NCBI GenBank assembly: GCA_013239625.1
Contig: MU055906.1
Location: 1 to 64,000, forward strand
Length of the DNA: 64,000 nucleotides
Source of the DNA: Lama guanicoe
Taxonomy: Eukaryota
Reading direction: 5' to 3'
The notes beneath the pieces were generated by a model. The model saw nothing but the letters and a program-made list of their open reading frames with translations. It did no database searches and had not been told where the DNA came from. Of the stretch, positions 58,612 through 64,000 are shown piece after piece (within the stretch, counting starts at the first letter, position 1; every line of letters begins with the position of its first letter). The position numbers and the translations under genes were made by a program.

Positions 58612-61600
58612 TAATGTCACTTTGACAGTTGTACCTTCACAACATGGAGGGATAGCTCCTGAAAAACATGAAAATCCCAGGTTATGCCATCAATTCCAAT
58701 GAAGGAGTATCCCACAGCTTCTATTCATGAAATGTTATGCAGAGCAAGATTTGTTTGAAGTGGACAAAAATTACAAAAGGATTGCTAGTGGCATACTTTG
58801 CTTCATCCCTTGGATGCCTTCTGTTGACATTGCAAAATCTGAAGAAGCTGGAGTACTTAGGGCAAACTTGTGAAAAGGCCTTTCCAAGTAGGAACAGACA
58901 GTTCTTGCCAGCATGCTGTGCTCTAGCAGAATTTTGTATCACGTCAAATCGCCTGACCTCAAATTGTTTCCAAAGAGTGAAAAATTCTAAAACCTGTTGA
59001 AAACAGGGCATCGTACCTCGGAGATAGTCTCACAAGAATCTTTGGCTCACCATAAATTCATGCCAGCTAGAATGCATTTAAAGATGGCTGAAGTTGTGGA
59101 AGTAAAGTCAGGTTGCAGTGAAATTTTATGGAACTCATGAAGACAGACTCGTACACCAAACACGAAAGTCTCGTTTTTGAAAACTGACAGAAAACTAAAA
59201 ACTTCCACATGTGCTCAATTCCAGGATTGAAACAGGTTTCCAAGGCAGGGTGCAACTAAAACAAAGTGCTTCTTTCTGTCCAAGTAATCCTTCCAACATG
59301 TGGAAATTTGCTCAAGCGAGATGTTCATTGGGGGATCTTTGGGAATTTACAGGGGGTGTTATTCTGTGGCCTCACCCATAAGTTACACATAGGATGGGTC
59401 CTCAATCCCAGCACTTACATGATTCCAACAAGACAGAAGGAGGTATCCCACACACTCTGTCCTCTAGTGAAAAATTCCTACAAGATGCATTGCACAGTCC
59501 CTCATTTTCAAGACACATTCTGTCAAAAATTTTTCCAACTTTGCAGGTGGCTTTCCTAAAGACACTAAAAGAGGAGATGAAGGGAGTGGACTTAATGTGC
59601 GTGTGTGAGAAGTCCTATCAGAACTTGGATTTTGGCTTGCTTCCCCAACACAAAAATTCTCTTAACCCAACAATGCAGAAGAAGAAAATTTTTTCACACT
59701 CATTGTATTCCCAAGATGCATTATCTGTGAATGTTAGGGTTGATCTGATAGAAATTACAAGACCCGGTCAAACAATCCTCTTTCCACCTTTCTTTAAATG
59801 CTTTGTAACACCTGGCTCTGCTGAGGGATTGTTTGTGTTTCTATAATGAGTTTTATACAAGGCTGTTTAGGGCAGGAGCACTGGATATTTAGGGAAACTG
59901 TGGAATCTCAGGGCCCCCCTGAGGCTTGAGAAGTTGCTCCACCTATTTTGTTTGGTTCCCAGAGTTGAATGATACTGTAAGATTTGGCAGAAGAAGCTGG
60001 GTAGAGAGAGATCTTCTCCCACTTCTATAAACTCTCTTGGCATGCTGTCCAGGAAAATTTTCAAGCTGTGTCCAATTTGACATCTTGAAACAAATTTGAG
60101 AGAAAATCTTTCAGAACTGGTGTACAGGATTCTTTCCAAGACAAAGAAGCTATTTTTCCCCATGACAGCACAAGATAGAAATCAATCTTATGCATTTCAT
60201 TTCCATAAGGGAACATGTTGGAAGATTCCATGCATGTAGCTGAAGGTCACAGAGACTTTCCAGCAAACAGCATGCCACAGTATTTCTCACGTTTGTAAAG
60301 ACAGTTCAACATCTGAAAAAACCGTGGTTCCATGCGAAGTAGGGGTCAAGTTTCTGTGGAACACTGAAATAGACACTTTTTCCAAATGCCTAAATACCCT
60401 GTCTTGCAATAAAAGAGATGGGACAAATTTTCTTCAAACGTGCCTTCTCCAAAATTTAGAAATGCTGCAGGTTATATTGAACCAAGGCACAATGCATTCA
60501 GGAGAGAGTACACTCAAAGCTATCTTCTTTTGTGCTATTCTTCCTGCAGAAAGTAAATTTTCTGATTTTGATGAAGAAGAGAGTCCTGAGAATTTGCAGA
60601 TGGGCTCACTTCCATCCCTGAAAATCAATGAGGCCCTGAAGATACAGTGCTGTGAAAATTGGCCCACATCACATTCCTCCAAGTAGGGATATTTCTGAAG
60701 TTGAATTTCACCTACAGTAATGCTGAAGAGAGTTTCTTTGCACCAATAATTCAGCATACCTACTAGCTTTCCAAAGAGCTGCTGTTGGGTGAGCTTAAAT
60801 GTTGTCCTTAATGTCACCTTCCCAGATGTACCTTCATTACATGCAGGAAACCTCAGGCCAAACATGGACATCACTGCTTTTATCATCAATTCCCAAGTAG
60901 GGAATTTCCCAAGTCCCTTCTGTTCCTCAAAAAAAACCATATGAGAATCATATTTGTGCAGCTGATATGAACTGAAGAGTACTTTCTAAAGACCATCCTC
61001 TGCACCTCTACTTGGATTCTCTCTGTGCACACTGAAGATCAAGAAGAAGCTGATGTACTAAGTACAGGCTTGAGTAGAAACATCTGAGTACGGATGGACC
61101 GTTTTTCACCTAAGGCAAAGTTCTACACTTCCAAAGTCTGGGATAAAGTCAACTAAAACTCTCACCAAGTGTATCCCAGATTTGCATGATTTTAAAATTT
61201 GAGGCTCTTAGAACCTCCTAAATAGGAGATGATTTCACACGATTCTTGTTCTCGCCATCAACTGATGCTAACATGAATGCATTTGAAGATGGCTGAAGTT
61301 GAGCAACAAAAGGCAGGTTGCAGTGAAGTCTTACAGAACATGCTTATAAGCTCATGTGCCAAAGAGAGAAGGCACATATTTGAAAAATGGCAGAAGACAG
61401 AAAACTTCCTCATGTGTTTGAGCCTAATGTGGGAAAAGGAGTGCTGTGGGAGAGTCCCTTCTTGTAAATCAGTGGCAAAAGGAAGACTGAGTGTATCTAA
61501 CATGAAGTGATTTCTCCTGCCCATGTAGTCCTTTCAGCAAGTGGAAGTTTGCTCGATTGACACGCTCAGTGAGTTGAAATTTGAGATTTCACCCTGGGTT

Positions 61601-63064
61601 TGAATGCATGGCCTCAATCACAAGACATTGGATTGTTTCAAAATCCCTCAAACTTGGTGATCCCAAGGCAGAAGGAAGTTTCCCACACACAATCTTTCCT
61701 CTAGTGACAAAAGCTTAAAAGATGCATTGCACAGCACCTCTTCCTCAAGAGACACTCAGTCAGCAATACTTCCAACTTCATGGGCAATTGCCTAAGGACA
61801 ACTGAAGCAGTGATGAATTGACCTACCTCACTGTGAGACTCTGAGAAGGCCTATCAGATCTCCTAGTTATGTTTTTTGCTTCCAAAAAACAGAAAGACTC
61901 CATTATCATGAAAGCACACATGAGGGTCATTGTCCGCACAAATTGTATTCCCATTATGAGTCAACTGTCAATGTTTCGGTTGATCAGAGAGAAATTACAA
62001 AACCCATTCAAACAATCATCTTGCACCTTCATTCTGATGCTTCCAGTGAGCAGTGTCAAGTGAGGGGCTGTTGCTGTTCCAAAGAGGAGCTGGTGCCCAG
62101 GTTGTTCAGGGCAGGAACATGGATTATTTTGTGATATCATGGAACTCACTGCTCATGACAAGGTCTGTGTGGTTTCTGAAAATTTTCCACTTGATTCCCA
62201 GGGTGGGACAATTGTCTAAGATTCAGTTCAATAAGCTGTTTAGAAAGAGAACTTCTCCAACTTCTGCCACTGCTGTTGGCATGCTCTCCAGAAACGTATT
62301 CAAGCTGGATTCAATTTGACTTCTCAAGATCACCTTGAGAGTAACTGTTTCAGAACCGAGATATATGCTTCTTGCCAATTCACAGAAACCCATTTTTCCC
62401 CAAAACACACAAAACAGAAACCATCCTTACCTGTTTCATTTTGAGCTGCGAACATGTTGGAAGGTCCCGTGTATGTAGCAGAAAGTCTTAGAGACTCTCC
62501 TACAAATGGCTTTTTGAATTCTCTCTCTCTTTCATAAAGTTAATTCAACATAAGGAAAAAACTGTGATTCCGTGTGGAATAGGAGGCAAGACCTTGTGGA
62601 ACACTGACACACAGCCATTTCTCAACTGTCAAAATTCTCTGACTTGCAACCAATGTGATTGTGTGAATTTCCTTCAAACACAACTTATCCAAAGTTAAGA
62701 ATTGTTATAGTATATATGGAACCCCAACACTCATTTAGGAGAGGTTACCCTCCAAACTGTCTTCTTTCTTGCCATTCATCCTACAGAAGTCTTCATAACA
62801 GCCTAAGTAAAATATGTAGATTGGATGATGGAGAATGGCCTTTCTGAATGCACAAATGGGCTGAAATCCGTTCTTGAAAATCAATGTGTTCAGAAAATGC
62901 TGTGTGATGAAAACTGGCCCACGTCCTATTCCTCCAAATATGGTAGTTACAGAAGGGGAATTTTACCTGAACTAATGCTGAAGAGAATTTATCTGCACTA
63001 AATATTCAGCATTACTCATAGACTTAGAAATAGCTACTGTTGACTTAGCTGAGATGAGGTGTCT
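58612..63064. repeat. AB unit: A14 (58612-60808) + B15 (60809-63064)
   Basis: Landmarks at 58612, 60809, 63065. Confidence 0.93.
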
Positions 63065-64000
63065 TAATGTCACTTTCCCAGATGCACCTTCAGAAAATGG
63101 AGGGATAGCTCAGGAAAAACATGAAAATCCCTGATTTTGACATCAATTCCCAAGATGGGATTATCCCATGGCCTTTCTGTTCCTGTAATTAAATGCAGGC
63201 CAAGCATTTGTTTGAAGTGGAACCAAATTGCAAGAGGATTGCTAGCAGCATTCTTTGCTTCTTCCCTTGGATGCCTTCTATGCACATTGCAAAATCTGGA
63301 GAAGCTTGGGTACTGAGGTCAAATTTTTGAAATGATCTTGCCAAGTACGCATGGACAGTCCCTGCCAGTGTGCTGTGCTCTACCAAAATCTTGGACCATG
63401 TCAAGTCGCCTGACCCAAAATTGTTTCCCAAGAGTGAAAGATACTAAAACCTGTGGAACACAGGTCTACCTATCTAGGAGATACTCAAAAGAATCTTTGT
63501 CTCGCCATAAACTCATGCCAGCTAGAATGCATTTAAAAATGGCTGAAGTTGAGAAGTAAACTCAGGTTGCAGTGAAATCTTCCAGATCATGATGACAGGC
63601 TTGTATGCCGAAGACAAATTCCTCACATTTGAAAACTGGCAGAAGTCGGGAAACTTCCACATGTGCTCAATCCCAAGTTGGGAATAGGTTTCCAAGACTG
63701 GGTGCAACTAACAGAAAGGACTTCATTCTTTCCAAATAGTCATTTCAGCATGTGGAAATTTGCTCAATTGACATGTTCAGTGGGGGAAAATTTGAGAATT
63801 CACAGGGGGTTTTTAAGTATGGCTTCACTCACAAGTTAGATGTAGGTTTGTTTCTCAATCCCACCACTTACATGATCCCAACAAGGCAGAAGGTGGTTTC
63901 CCACACACTTTTTCTTCTAGTAACCAATACCTACAAGATGCATTGCACAGCCCCTCATTTTCAAGAGATATTCTGTTGACAAGATTTCCAAATTTGCAGG
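63065..64000. repeat. Partial A monomer (A15), cut by the window end
   Basis: A-type landmark at 63065 followed by ~935 bp colinear with other A monomers. Confidence 0.92.

Larger units (their letters stand above)
1..64000. repeat. Tandem macrosatellite / higher-order satellite array: ~2.2-kb monomers of two alternating types (A, B) forming a ~4.47-kb AB unit; runs off both window ends
   Basis: Landmark TAATGTCAC(T/C)TT(G/C)CCAGATGTACCTTCA (degenerate) recurs at 36, 2248, 4489, 6759, 9017, 11269, 13524, 15735, 17966, 20218, 22421, 23928, 26105, 28392, 30588, 32838, 35063, 37310, 39499, 40795, 42946, 45198, 47470, 49689, 51893, 54151, 56367, 58612, 60809, 63065. Type A reads ...GACTCAGCTGAGATGAGGTGTCTTAATGTCACTTTGCCAG...CAACATGGAGGGATAGCTCAGG; type B reads ...GGCTGAGCTGAAATGCAGTCCTTAATGTCACCTTCCCAG...TAACATGCAGGGAACCTCAGG. 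Sequence between landmarks is colinear between copies. Confidence 0.98.

Noticed and set aside
91-63979. The 60-168 aa ORFs in the track as protein-coding genes or a pseudogene family
   Set aside because: They occur on both strands and in all frames over the same repeat positions, and many start at TTG/GTG. Stops and frameshifts differ between copies, no single frame runs through a monomer or subunit, and I recognise no domain.
1-64000. CRISPR array or any prokaryotic/phage system
   Set aside because: There are no short invariant repeats with unique spacers, no long ORFs and no operon structure. The CpG decay pattern is vertebrate-like.
1-64000. Tandemised LINE/ERV/DNA-transposon fragment as the monomer
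   Set aside because: I found no RT, integrase or transposase motifs, LTR ends, TIRs, TSDs or poly(A). The internal 245-bp periodicity accounts for the monomer. A Dfam search is needed to exclude remote ancestry.
1-64000. The array as an assembly artefact (false duplication)
   Set aside because: Each monomer carries many private substitutions and indels. Only one ~245-bp tract is near-identical between copies.

Overview
The whole 64 kb is one head-to-tail, single-orientation tandem array (a degenerate macrosatellite / higher-order satellite). I see no credible protein-coding gene, rRNA/tRNA, CRISPR array or interspersed mobile element. CpG depletion with paired TpG/CpA decay products points to methylated vertebrate, probably mammalian, DNA. 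Using the landmark TAATGTCAC(T/C)TT(G/C)CCAGATGTACCTTCA I count 30 monomer starts about 2.2 kb apart. They form two subtypes (A ~2.2 kb, B ~2.25 kb) that alternate as a ~4.47-kb AB higher-order repeat. The main hidden structure is that each monomer is itself nine highly diverged ~245-bp subunits, with hints of an intermediate ~734-bp trimer: 245 -> ~734 -> ~2.2 kb -> ~4.47 kb. The array also records its recombination and repair history: an out-of-register A/B crossover producing a B-B pair (~17.69 kb), ~742-bp and ~950-bp deletions, a 67-bp duplication marking one A lineage, a ~245-bp near-perfect conversion tract, a >4-kb block paralogy at ~36.2-kb offset, and a templated-insertion scar with inverted snippets at 28.2 kb. 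The short ORFs in the track are by-products of the repeat. All alignments and divergence figures are by eye and approximate.
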